From an uncultured Verrucomicrobiae bacterium (GTDB lineage Bacteria > Verrucomicrobiota > Verrucomicrobiia > Limisphaerales > Palsa-1400): 64,000 nt of DNA. A program made the position numbers and the translations under genes. Location: NCBI GenBank assembly GCA_963702845.1, contig OY969763.1:576001-640000 (forward strand), given 5' to 3'. Below the pieces are notes generated by a model. The model ran no database searches and was not told the DNA's origin. It saw only the letters and a list, made by a program, of their open reading frames with translations. This document shows, piece after piece, positions 1 to 8,023 of this stretch. Within the stretch, counting starts at the first letter, position 1. Each line of letters starts with the position of its first letter.

Positions 1-1116
1 TCGCTCGACTTCGCTGCGCGCGATCGTTGGAAACAAACACCACCTGATCGATTACTATTTTCGTATCGCATCGACGAACAAGATTGGTCTCCGTTCCAGT
101 CCGATCGCGCGGTCCACTTCAACGAGCTTGGAGGCGGAAAACATTTCTTCCAGGTTCGCGCCATGGATCGCAATTGGAACATTCACGTCAAACCCGCGTT
201 GTTCGAATTCATCGTGCCGGTTCCATGGTTTCGCGAGACAAGACTCGTGCTCATTGGCGGAGCTGCGGGGTTGGCCGTGCTGTTTTTCGCTGCGCTGGCT
301 TTTAATCGCCATCGACAACTTGTCCGCAGCTATGCGCAAGTTGAAAAGATCGTTGATCAACGCACGCACGAACTTGAAAAGGCCAATCGCGAACTGTTTC
401 AGAGTCAAAAGATGAACGCGCTCGGCACTCTCGCCGCTGGAATTGCGCACGATTTCAACAGCATTCTGTCGATTATCAAGGGCTCGGCGCAAATCATTGA
501 AACCAGCGTCGACAATCCGGAAAAAATTCGCACACGCGTCTCGCGCATCAATACGGCTGTCGACCAGGGCGCGGGCATAGTCAAAGCGATGCTCGGCTTC
601 AGTCGCTCATCGGATCATCAGGTCTCTCAATGCGATTTGAACCCGCTCGTTCAAGACACTATCCGTTTGCTCGGCGACCGCTTTCAGCGCGAGGTTGAAG
701 TGCAATTCCAACCGGGAGAAAACCTATCTGCTATTTGTGTTGTGCCGGATTTCATGCAGCAGATCATTTTGAATTTCATCCTGAACGCCGCCGAGTCGAT
801 GCTGGGTAGCGGCAAAATCAGTGTGAGAACTGGGAGACTGACAGAGCTTCCGACCGAGATGGCTTTAACGCCCGAACCAGCCGCAGCCTACGCGTTCGTT
901 GAAGTGGTCGATTTCGGTTCCGGCATTGCGCCTGAAATTATGCCGCGCATTTTTGAACCATTCTTTACCACCAAATCCCTGTCGACAAAACGCGGCACCG
1001 GTCTGGGTCTATCGATGGTTTACGAATTGGCGAAGGAAATGAAATGCGGCTTGAGCGTGCGTTCGAAAGTAGGGGAGGGCAGCATTTTCACTCTGATAGT
1101 GCCCGTGGCGCTGTAG
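1..1116 (+). CDS. Sensor histidine kinase, 5'-partial (Y_Y_Y-like domain, TM helix, HisKA, HATPase_c)
   Basis: Frame 1 is open from base 1 (LLFSYRIDEQDWSPF...FQVRAMDRNWN); H-box GIAHDFNSIL, N-box LNAAES, G1 DFGSGI, F-box FEPFFTTK, G2 GTGLGLS. Confidence 0.92.
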   Translation, partial: SLDFAARDRWKQTPPDRLLFSYRIDEQDWSPFQSDRAVHFNELGGGKHFFQVRAMDRNWNIHVKPALFEFIVPVPWFRETRLVLIGGAAGLAVLFFAALAFNRHRQLVRSYAQVEKIVDQRTHELEKANRELFQSQKMNALGTLAAGIAHDFNSILSIIKGSAQIIETSVDNPEKIRTRVSRINTAVDQGAGIVKAMLGFSRSSDHQVSQCDLNPLVQDTIRLLGDRFQREVEVQFQPGENLSAICVVPDFMQQIILNFILNAAESMLGSGKISVRTGRLTELPTEMALTPEPAAAYAFVEVVDFGSGIAPEIMPRIFEPFFTTKSLSTKRGTGLGLSMVYELAKEMKCGLSVRSKVGEGSIFTLIVPVAL

Positions 1117-1175
1117 TGAAATGATTTTGCAAGTAACCTTGAACTTTGAACATTACCCTTTAGACTCTTGGGAAT

Positions 1176-1253
1176 CGGAGCGTAGCTCAGCCTGGCTAGA
1201 GCACTTGGTTTGGGACCAAGACGTCGCAGGTTCGAATCCTGTCGCTCCGACCA
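1176..1253 (+). tRNA. tRNA-Pro(TGG)
   Basis: CGGAGCGTAGCTCAGCCTGGCTAGAGCA-CTTGG-TT-TGG-GA-CCAAG-...GCAGG-TTCGAAT-CCTGT-CGCTCCG-ACCA; full cloverleaf, encoded CCA. Confidence 0.98.
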
Positions 1254-1267
1254 TTTTCCTTTTGCAG

Positions 1268-1290
1268 TGCGGACGTCCTGTCCGCATTTT
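1268..1290 (+). terminator. Possible intrinsic terminator after tRNA-Pro
   Basis: TGCGGAC-gtcct-GTCCGCA followed by TTTT. Confidence 0.5.
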
Positions 1291-1296
1291 CTTCGG

Positions 1297-2119
1297 ATGA
1301 AACTCGGCATCATCAACAGCGCCTTTCATCAAGCGGGCGTCGACACCGCCACTGGACTGAAGCACATCGCCCGCATCGGTTTCGATTGCGTCGACGTTTT
1401 CACAGAAACCGTTGGCATTTCGAAATCGGAAGTAAAACTCGTCGCCGCCACTTGCGCAAAAGCCAATCTGCCGATCGTTTCCTTACCGGTTGTCGCAGTG
1501 GGTCTTATCGACATGAGCGAGCCAGTTCGCGAGTTTCATCTCGAACGTTGTAAGCGTTACGTCGACCTCGCGCGCGCGTGGGACGCGAAGAATATCCTGC
1601 TCGTGCTCGGCGAATACATTTGGCAGCGCGAAGTCATTCCTCCGCAAGTGCAATGGGATTGGGCGCTCGAGATGTGCCGCAAACTCGGTGATTACGCGGA
1701 CAAAAAGAACGTCGATATTGCTCTTGAATTGGAGCCTTTCCGGTTGAGCCTTCTCAACAGCGTTCCGTCGATGCGCAAGTTCGTCGACGAATGCAAACAC
1801 CCCCGTGTGCGCGCCAACATCGATATCAGCCACCTCGTTTTATCCGACACTAGCCCGGCCGACCTCAAGCAACTCAAGGGCAAAGCCATTCACGTTCACA
1901 TTAGCGATTGCGACGGCAAAGTTCATGGCGATCTTCCGCCGGGACGTGGGGTCGTGAAGTTCGAGCCATACCTGCAAGCGATCAAGGAACTGAAAATCGA
2001 TGGTGTTGTCTCAATCGAACTGGAATTCGCGCCCGATCCTCAAGAAGATTGTCGAGTGGGTAGAAGAAGCGTATCGCGAAACGGCAAAGCTGATGGACTT
2101 GGTTGACTTGCGAGGTTAA
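1297..2119 (+). CDS. Sugar phosphate isomerase/epimerase (xylose isomerase-like TIM barrel); apparent frameshift near 2041
   Basis: MKLGIINSAF start; ALELEP, NIDISH, HVHISD, PGRGVVKF, SIELE motifs; after APDP the +1 frame reads KKIVEWVEEAYRETAKLMDLVDLRG* (stop 2117-2119), a more natural C-terminal helix. Confidence 0.85.
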
Positions 2120-3846
2120 CGCGCGAGCCATTTGGCGAATTTATCCAAGTCCGTCATGTCGATTCGGCTCAACGCACCGTGTGGACAAGCCCGCTGGCAA
2201 GCAGGCCCGCCTATTTGTTCCACGCACAAATCACACTTCGTTGCTTTGACGATCGGTTTCGATTCGTTGTCCATCATCAGCACGCCGGCCTTATCGCGCA
2301 CTTCGACCATGCGAATCGCTTCGTAAGGACAATTATTGGCGCACGTGTTGCACCCGATGCACGTGCTTTGATTGATGACGACCTGGCCGCCAAAGTTGTC
2401 GCGGTGGATGGCTCCCGTTGGACAGCCAATCATGCAAACCGGATCCGCGCAGTGCATGCACGCGTTCGCCACCATGATGTTTCCGTTGACCGGACCGTGC
2501 CGCAGGAAGCGCGGATTGTTATCGTGCGCACTCGCGCAGGCGCGCACGCAATCGTCACACCGCGTGCAACGATCCAGATTAATCATCATGGTCGCGCGCC
2601 CGTTGAAGAAGCGATTCTCCGTCAGGAACTCCATCACGTCTGGACCGATTTTTGCGCCTGCATCCAATTCATCGGCGCTGACGCGATCGTGTGATTCCTC
2701 TTCAACTTGTTTGATGGGCGCAGGAAGATCGCGCTCTGGAACCGTCGGCAAAACGATCTGTTCCATCACCGCAGTGGGAATCAGCAGCACGTGCGTGTAA
2801 CCGATGACGCGCAAGCTGTGTTGCAGCATCACTGGATCCGATTTCGATCGCCAATTATGCGCAATTTCGCGCAGCCCATAGCATTGGCCGTTGCCGAGAT
2901 AATTCAAGGTGCGATGCCCATGCCCAAACTTCTGGCTCAGTCGCGCGAATCCAGCGCGAATCAGGATAACGCCGTTAGGGTAATGACCTTCCTCAGCAAT
3001 CGCCGGCTCTTCGCGTTTGCCAGCGAGCCCGGCTTGCGCGAGGCGCTTGTAATCACCCGACCAATCATAATCGCCGTAAGTCCCGAACTGCGTTTGAGCC
3101 ATCACCTTGTCCAACTGTTCGCTGGTCAGGTTTTGGAAAATTGGAATCTCGCGTAAGTGTGCCGCCAGCGCGCGTTCGCGATAGATGCGGTCGATGTGCT
3201 GTCGCAAATTGTCATCATAACGCATTAAGTCGCGCAGCCCTTGCCAACGAATCTCAAGCAACTCCGTCCCCGCAGACTGCGCAAATACTGTCGCCGTTCG
3301 CGGCATGCGGCTTAACGCGGCAATTTCGCCAAAAAATTCACCAGGTTCAATCGTCGCGGTGCGATGCTCATCCAACACGCGGGGCACGTCCTGCAAAAAG
3401 ACGCGTACTTCATCCCGATCCTGTCGCGAGCGCACGCGACTGTCCTGCTTCAGTTCGGAAATGTCGCGCGTCTCCGGTTCGCTCGGATTGGTCCAAAGCT
3501 GTGCAATGATGCGCAACAGACCTTTGCGTTTCGGCGTGCGCCGGCCGAGCGTGGATTCCGGCAATTCCGGCGTGATCACCACTTGCGCCGCACCACTCAA
3601 AATCATGAAGGCCGACGTGCCATAATCGCCCGCGCGCACGATAATTTCACCCTCCTCATAACGACGGATGCGCGTGTCATTGCGCAAAATGTCGCGCAAC
3701 GAAACTCGTTTTGGAAACCGCTCCGAATTCATGTCTTTGAACGGAGCGAGCGAGAGCAGGCGTTCGACCTGCGCCTCCGTCATGTCGGGGTCAAACGAAG
3801 CGTCCCAGCGTTGTGGACGTTGAAATGTCGTGACGGGTTCCGGCAT
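2116..3846 (-). CDS. Protein with two cNMP-binding domains plus a 4x[4Fe-4S] (DmsB/NrfC-like) domain
   Basis: FFGEIAALSRMPRTATV phosphate-binding cassette; Cys groups CTRCDDCVRAC, CMHCADPVCMIGCP, CIGCNTCANNCP, CDLC...PACQRACP. Confidence 0.9.
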   Translation of the reverse strand: MPEPVTTFQRPQRWDASFDPDMTEAQVERLLSLAPFKDMNSERFPKRVSLRDILRNDTRIRRYEEGEIIVRAGDYGTSAFMILSGAAQVVITPELPESTLGRRTPKRKGLLRIIAQLWTNPSEPETRDISELKQDSRVRSRQDRDEVRVFLQDVPRVLDEHRTATIEPGEFFGEIAALSRMPRTATVFAQSAGTELLEIRWQGLRDLMRYDDNLRQHIDRIYRERALAAHLREIPIFQNLTSEQLDKVMAQTQFGTYGDYDWSGDYKRLAQAGLAGKREEPAIAEEGHYPNGVILIRAGFARLSQKFGHGHRTLNYLGNGQCYGLREIAHNWRSKSDPVMLQHSLRVIGYTHVLLIPTAVMEQIVLPTVPERDLPAPIKQVEEESHDRVSADELDAGAKIGPDVMEFLTENRFFNGRATMMINLDRCTRCDDCVRACASAHDNNPRFLRHGPVNGNIMVANACMHCADPVCMIGCPTGAIHRDNFGGQVVINQSTCIGCNTCANNCPYEAIRMVEVRDKAGVLMMDNESKPIVKATKCDLCVEQIGGPACQRACPHGALSRIDMTDLDKFAKWLAR

Positions 3847-3957
3847 ATGAGGCTCGCCTTATTAGAGTGAAGAAACGGCTAAACCTCAAGCAGCAACGCC
3901 ATTACCTTGCGCGATAAAGTGCAGCTAAACGACTGACTACGGACTACTAACCATTGA

Positions 3958-4395
3958 CTAAATCCCGATATCCTCATTCCAAAGCTGCGGACTCTTTGCA
4001 ATAAAATCACGCATCATCTGGATGCATTCCTCATCCTGCAGCACTTGGACTTCCACGCCGTTTTTACGAAGATGCTCTTCCGCACCCATAAAAGTTTTGT
4101 TTTCGCCGACGATCACTTTTGGAATCCCGTAAAGGAGAATGGCTCCCGTGCACATAGGGCAGGGGGACAGCGTCGTGTAAATCGTGCAATCCTTGTAAAC
4201 CGCGCCTTTTTGTCGACCGGCATTCTCCAAGGCGTTCATCTCGCCGTGATGTATCACCGACCCATGCTGCACGCGTTGGTTGTGTCCGCGACCGATGATC
4301 TTTCCGTCGTGAACTAGAACCGACCCGATCGGAATACCGCCGCTGGCCAAACCTTTTTTCGCTTCATCAATCGCCGCTCTAAGAAATGGATCCAT
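3958..4395 (-). CDS. Zn-dependent nucleoside/cytosine deaminase (CDA family, yeast FCY1-like)
   Basis: HGE and PCPMC zinc motifs; C-terminal WNEDIG. Confidence 0.9.
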   Translation of the reverse strand: MDPFLRAAIDEAKKGLASGGIPIGSVLVHDGKIIGRGHNQRVQHGSVIHHGEMNALENAGRQKGAVYKDCTIYTTLSPCPMCTGAILLYGIPKVIVGENKTFMGAEEHLRKNGVEVQVLQDEECIQMMRDFIAKSPQLWNEDIGI

Positions 4396-4432
4396 GAACA
4401 AAGTATTGAACGTTCATGGGAGAGTATCAAAT

Positions 4433-4846
4433 TCAAACCAAGGGCTTCGACGCCGGAAGAATCCAAGCCGAGTGGTGGGCGTTGAATCCAATTCGCGGAT
4501 AATAGCGTTCAGCATCTGGCGCGGACAACAGGATATTCTTGGCGTTCCGCCCGAGTTTAGACTGCGTCAGGCGAATCAATTCCCGTCCGATTCCCTTGTG
4601 CTGATATGCTTCGTCTACAGCTAAATCCGACAAGTAACAACAAAACTCGAAATCAGTCAGCGACCGCGCGACGCCAACGAGTTTGTCGTCCGCCCAGGCT
4701 GTGCACAACAGTTTAGCATGATCGAGCATCGCTTTGATGGCCGCTGGATCATTCACCGGCCGGCGCTCGGCCAGCGTCGAACGTTTCAACAAATCGACAA
4801 ATTCGGCTTCGTTGATCTTGTGGTTGTCTTCATATCGAATCTTCAT
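4433..4846 (-). CDS. GNAT N-acetyltransferase
   Basis: LSDLAVDEAYQHKGIGRELI acetyl-CoA motif; YYPRIGF. Confidence 0.9.
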   Translation of the reverse strand: MKIRYEDNHKINEAEFVDLLKRSTLAERRPVNDPAAIKAMLDHAKLLCTAWADDKLVGVARSLTDFEFCCYLSDLAVDEAYQHKGIGRELIRLTQSKLGRNAKNILLSAPDAERYYPRIGFNAHHSAWILPASKPLV

Positions 4847-5205
4847 GGTTCATTCGCTATTGCACTTCTTTCACCGCCCTCTGGACCGTAAAACGCAACC
4901 CACACGGCGAAATCAGACGAAAAGGATTCAAACCGGTGCACGCGTCCTGCCGGGACAAATAGGAATGATCCGGCCGCCAAATCGTGATGGCGGGAACCGT
5001 CAAAAAATTTACCGGTTCCTCGAACGACAAAATAAATCTCGTCACGAGTGTGCGGTTTTTGCGGATCATGACCAACCGGGGTGTAGAGTTCGATCGCTAG
5101 CGTGCCGTGTAAAAAAATGGGAACGGCAAGGTTCCCGGCAGGCGGTGGACCTTTCGCCAAAGCTTCAGCAAAACTAACATGGGCGATCTGGGCTTCTGCG
5201 TTCAT
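4843..5205 (-). CDS. Cupin domain protein
   Basis: QKPHTRDEIYFVVRGTG and FVPAGRVHRF cupin motifs; 4-bp overlap with next gene. Confidence 0.88.
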   Translation of the reverse strand: MNAEAQIAHVSFAEALAKGPPPAGNLAVPIFLHGTLAIELYTPVGHDPQKPHTRDEIYFVVRGTGKFFDGSRHHDLAAGSFLFVPAGRVHRFESFSSDFAVWVAFYGPEGGERSAIANEP

Positions 5206-5209
5206 ATGA

Positions 5210-5755
5210 TCAAGTTTTTCGGGAGAAATCTTCCGCGATCAACGCCCATCGTTCATGGTCGCGCCATTGCCCGCAAACTTTTAGAAGACGCCGTGACAGA
5301 CCTTCGCGAACAAAGCCGCATTTTTTTACAAGCGCAATGGAACGTCGATTCTTAGGTTCAATATTTGCCTCAAGGCGGTGAAGTTTCAATTTAGTGAAAA
5401 CGTGACGGACAACCTGTTTCAACCCTTCGAACATGAGACCCTGTCCAGCGTAGGGATGAAAGGCGTAATAACCGAGAGAAGCACTTTGAAACGCGCCGCG
5501 AATGATATCGTTGATATTGATGACGCCGACGATGCTGCCTGAATTTTGCTCAATGACGAGGAACCCGCAGTGATGGCCGTCTTTGAAACGTTCCAGGTAA
5601 GCGGAAAATTCTTTTGCTGTTGTTGCTTTCCGATTGATCCACGTCCGATGAAGATCTCGACTTCGTTTCACTGCCGAAATAAAAGCCGCCGCGTCCTCAG
5701 GTTTAGGAGGCCGGATCAATATTGGTGTTACTTTAGAGCAAGTTTTTGCAGTCAT
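5210..5755 (-). CDS. RimJ/RimL-family GNAT acetyltransferase
   Basis: FQSASLGY, LKLHRLEANIEPKNRRSIALVKKCGF, GQWRDHERWA. Confidence 0.9.
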   Translation of the reverse strand: MTAKTCSKVTPILIRPPKPEDAAAFISAVKRSRDLHRTWINRKATTAKEFSAYLERFKDGHHCGFLVIEQNSGSIVGVININDIIRGAFQSASLGYYAFHPYAGQGLMFEGLKQVVRHVFTKLKLHRLEANIEPKNRRSIALVKKCGFVREGLSRRLLKVCGQWRDHERWALIAEDFSRKT

Positions 5756-5758
5756 TGT

Positions 5759-6535
5759 TTAATCGCCACTCCATTTGTAATCGTAACCCGCCGGCGGGTC
5801 GTAAAAGGCGGTTGCCATGAATTCATTGGTGTACGAATACATTCTTGTATACCGCACGTGACCATCCGCAAAGCTGACCATGTTTTTTGAATTGTTCACG
5901 CCAGAGAACCCCAACGGTATTCGTTGTGATTCGTGCCAGGAAAACGGATATAGAGCCGCGTTTTCAGCGACCAACACCGTTCTCGCCGGGTCGTGGATTG
6001 CAGCCAGTTTCCAGCCGAATAGACCGGGGGAATTTGTCTGGCCCGATAAAAAAGGCGGCGTGTTAACCGTTCCGCCAAGTCCATTGAAGCCGTAACTGGA
6101 ATAGTCGGAAATATACTGTTCGTGCCAACCTGCCGCGACGAATGTCCAATTGTTGTAAAAATACGTATCGGCTGGGCACGCAAACACCCGGTCGCGTTCC
6201 GACGAGAGCCCTCGCAGGCCCAGGTAGGATTTCACCAATGCTTTGTAAACGACTTGAAAAGAGTTGGTCATCATACCATCGGCATTGGTATCGGGAATCG
6301 ATGGCAGCTCGTCGTGATTGTCTGCCGCATACAAATGCACTGCAAAATTGATCTGTCGCAGATTGTTCAGACAGTTTGCCTGGCACGCTTTTTCTTTGGC
6401 GCGGCTGAGCGTCGGAAGCGGTAAGGCAGCGAGAAAGGCAATGATCGAGATAACAACCAGAAGTTCAATCAATGTGAAGCCTTCCTTCGCGTTGCTGTCA
6501 CGCCACTGTCCTTGCCTCTGGAATCCTTTAAACAT
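5759..6535 (-). CDS. Prepilin-type N-terminal cleavage/methylation protein (DUF1559-like)
   Basis: GFTLIELLVVISIIA, CLNNLRQI, C-terminal NMVSFADGHV. Confidence 0.88.
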   Translation of the reverse strand: MFKGFQRQGQWRDSNAKEGFTLIELLVVISIIAFLAALPLPTLSRAKEKACQANCLNNLRQINFAVHLYAADNHDELPSIPDTNADGMMTNSFQVVYKALVKSYLGLRGLSSERDRVFACPADTYFYNNWTFVAAGWHEQYISDYSSYGFNGLGGTVNTPPFLSGQTNSPGLFGWKLAAIHDPARTVLVAENAALYPFSWHESQRIPLGFSGVNNSKNMVSFADGHVRYTRMYSYTNEFMATAFYDPPAGYDYKWSGD

Positions 6536-6627
6536 TTTGACTCTATCAAATAGACGTTCTCACACCTCATTATTGTCTAACCAGATTGGCTCGTTAAACC
6601 TCTTACGTCTGCGAAGCCTCAACGCGG

Positions 6628-6656
6628 ATGACAATTAGGTGCTTCACTAATATAAT
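6628..6656 (+). promoter_or_regulatory. Sigma70-like promoter
   Basis: ATGACA-17 nt-TATAAT upstream of three co-oriented small genes. Confidence 0.6.
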
Positions 6657-6814
6657 ATGCCGCTAGGAAACAGTCGAATCGAAAACCAACGTTCGCCGCC
6701 AGGTCCGTCCCAGTCACGGCCAAGGGTGATTGACGAGTAGGGTTTTCTCTTTCTCTGTCGACATCATCGGCTTGGTGGTTCAGTTTGCGTCGATTGGCTG
6801 CTCGGCACATAACT

Positions 6815-7024
6815 ATGAAATATATTGCGATGGTTGGATTGATGGCGGCTCCGCTTGTTGGCTGCGGTCAGAAAGGCGGGAATACGGAACAGGAGCGCCG
6901 TCAGATTGAGGACCAACGCCGTCAAGTCGAAGATCAGCATCGTCGAGTTGAGGATGAGCGCAGGCGTGCTGTGGATTCCGCTTCTGAGGCAACCGGGACA
7001 AATAGCGGAGCAGGAAAACCATGA
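6815..7024 (+). CDS. Small putative lipoprotein with heptad repeats
   Basis: MKYIAMVGLMAAPLVGC lipobox-like signal; ERRQIED/QRRQVED/QHRRVED/ERRRAVD from degenerate 21-bp units. Confidence 0.6.
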   Translation: MKYIAMVGLMAAPLVGCGQKGGNTEQERRQIEDQRRQVEDQHRRVEDERRRAVDSASEATGTNSGAGKP

Positions 7025-7102
7025 AAAGGTGCTGGCCTCGTACGGCGCTGGAGCCAATGCGCCGAGCGCCTGACTGTTGTAATCAGAGGGAATCTTACGC
7101 AC

Positions 7103-7437
7103 ATGACGAAGAATATCTCAATTGATGCGAACGGAATTACAGACTGGGATTCATTCCACGACGTGTTCGCTAAAAATTTTGGATTTCCTGACTTCTACGG
7201 CCGCAATATGAACGCTTGGAATGATTGCATGACCTACCTGGATGACTCGGAGGCGAATCTGACGTCTGTGCAGGTTGCTCCGGGGGATGTTGTTGTGCTT
7301 GTATTTCCGCAGTTGGCGATTTCAGGAAGAGGTGTCCCGAGATCTACGACGCGCTCGTCGAGTGCTCATCCTTCGTCAATTACCGACGGATTGAGAGCGG
7401 GGATCCAGCGATTCTTGCACTGTCGTTTAATGCATGA
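7103..7437 (+). CDS. Barstar-family immunity protein, frameshifted near 7300
   Basis: DWDSFHDVFAKNFGFPDFYGRNMNAWNDCMT; alternate frame continues DFRKRCPEIYDALVECSSFVNYRRIESGDPAILALSFNA* (stop 7435-7437). Confidence 0.8.
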
Positions 7438-7449
7438 CAATGTCGGCAG

Positions 7450-8007
7450 ATGCGATACGTGCTCCTACTCTTGTTGTGCAACCTCTTGTTCGGATGTGGG
7501 CGGGATGCTTCTGTTGCGCCGCTGGGGCAGCTTTCGCGCGCTATGGGCGAATTAGCGGCAGCCAAGAATCCGGAGGAGAGGTTTTATGCTCTGGGCCACG
7601 CGGCGAAGGAAAGTTTTGTCGCGGGCAAAACTGAGGATGCGAAGAAGTATGCCGAGGAGTTGTTGACGGTGCTTCCGAAGTTTCAGGGAAATTGGAATTA
7701 TGGGAATGCTGTGCAGGACGCCAATCTCGTTCTTGGGTGTATCGCGGTTCGCGAGGGGCGCATTGACGATGCAAAGAAATATTTGGCTGAGTCTGGCAAG
7801 AGTCCGGGTTCGCCGCAGATGGATAGTTTTGGGCCGAATATGACTTTGGCGAAGGACCTACTTGAGAAGGGAGAGCGACAGGTTGTTTTGGAGTATTTTG
7901 AGGCGTGTCGAAAATTTTGGAAGATGCACGAGAATCGGTTAGATGAATGGAGTCAGCAGGTCAAAGACGGGAAGGTTCCGGACTTTGGCGGGAATCTGCT
8001 CTACTGA
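7450..8007 (+). CDS. Putative lipoprotein with TPR-like helical repeats
   Basis: LLFGC lipobox; AKKYAEELL, GRIDDAKKYLAES, SFGPNMTLAKDLLEKGERQVVLEYF. Confidence 0.75.
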   Translation: MRYVLLLLLCNLLFGCGRDASVAPLGQLSRAMGELAAAKNPEERFYALGHAAKESFVAGKTEDAKKYAEELLTVLPKFQGNWNYGNAVQDANLVLGCIAVREGRIDDAKKYLAESGKSPGSPQMDSFGPNMTLAKDLLEKGERQVVLEYFEACRKFWKMHENRLDEWSQQVKDGKVPDFGGNLLY

Positions 8008-8023
8008 TAAGCGTTATTCGCTG

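Noticed and set aside
4433..5755. GNAT genes as toxin-antitoxin modules
   Set aside because: No ribbon-helix-helix/DUF1778 antitoxin; both look like ordinary acetyltransferases
6638..6665. GGTGCTTCACTAATATAATATG as a dif site
   Set aside because: Only superficial similarity; no TTATGTTAAA-like XerD arm; better explained as a promoter
6892..6975. 21-bp periodic repeats as a CRISPR array
   Set aside because: Units are contiguous, degenerate and in frame in a small ORF; no spacers and no cas genes
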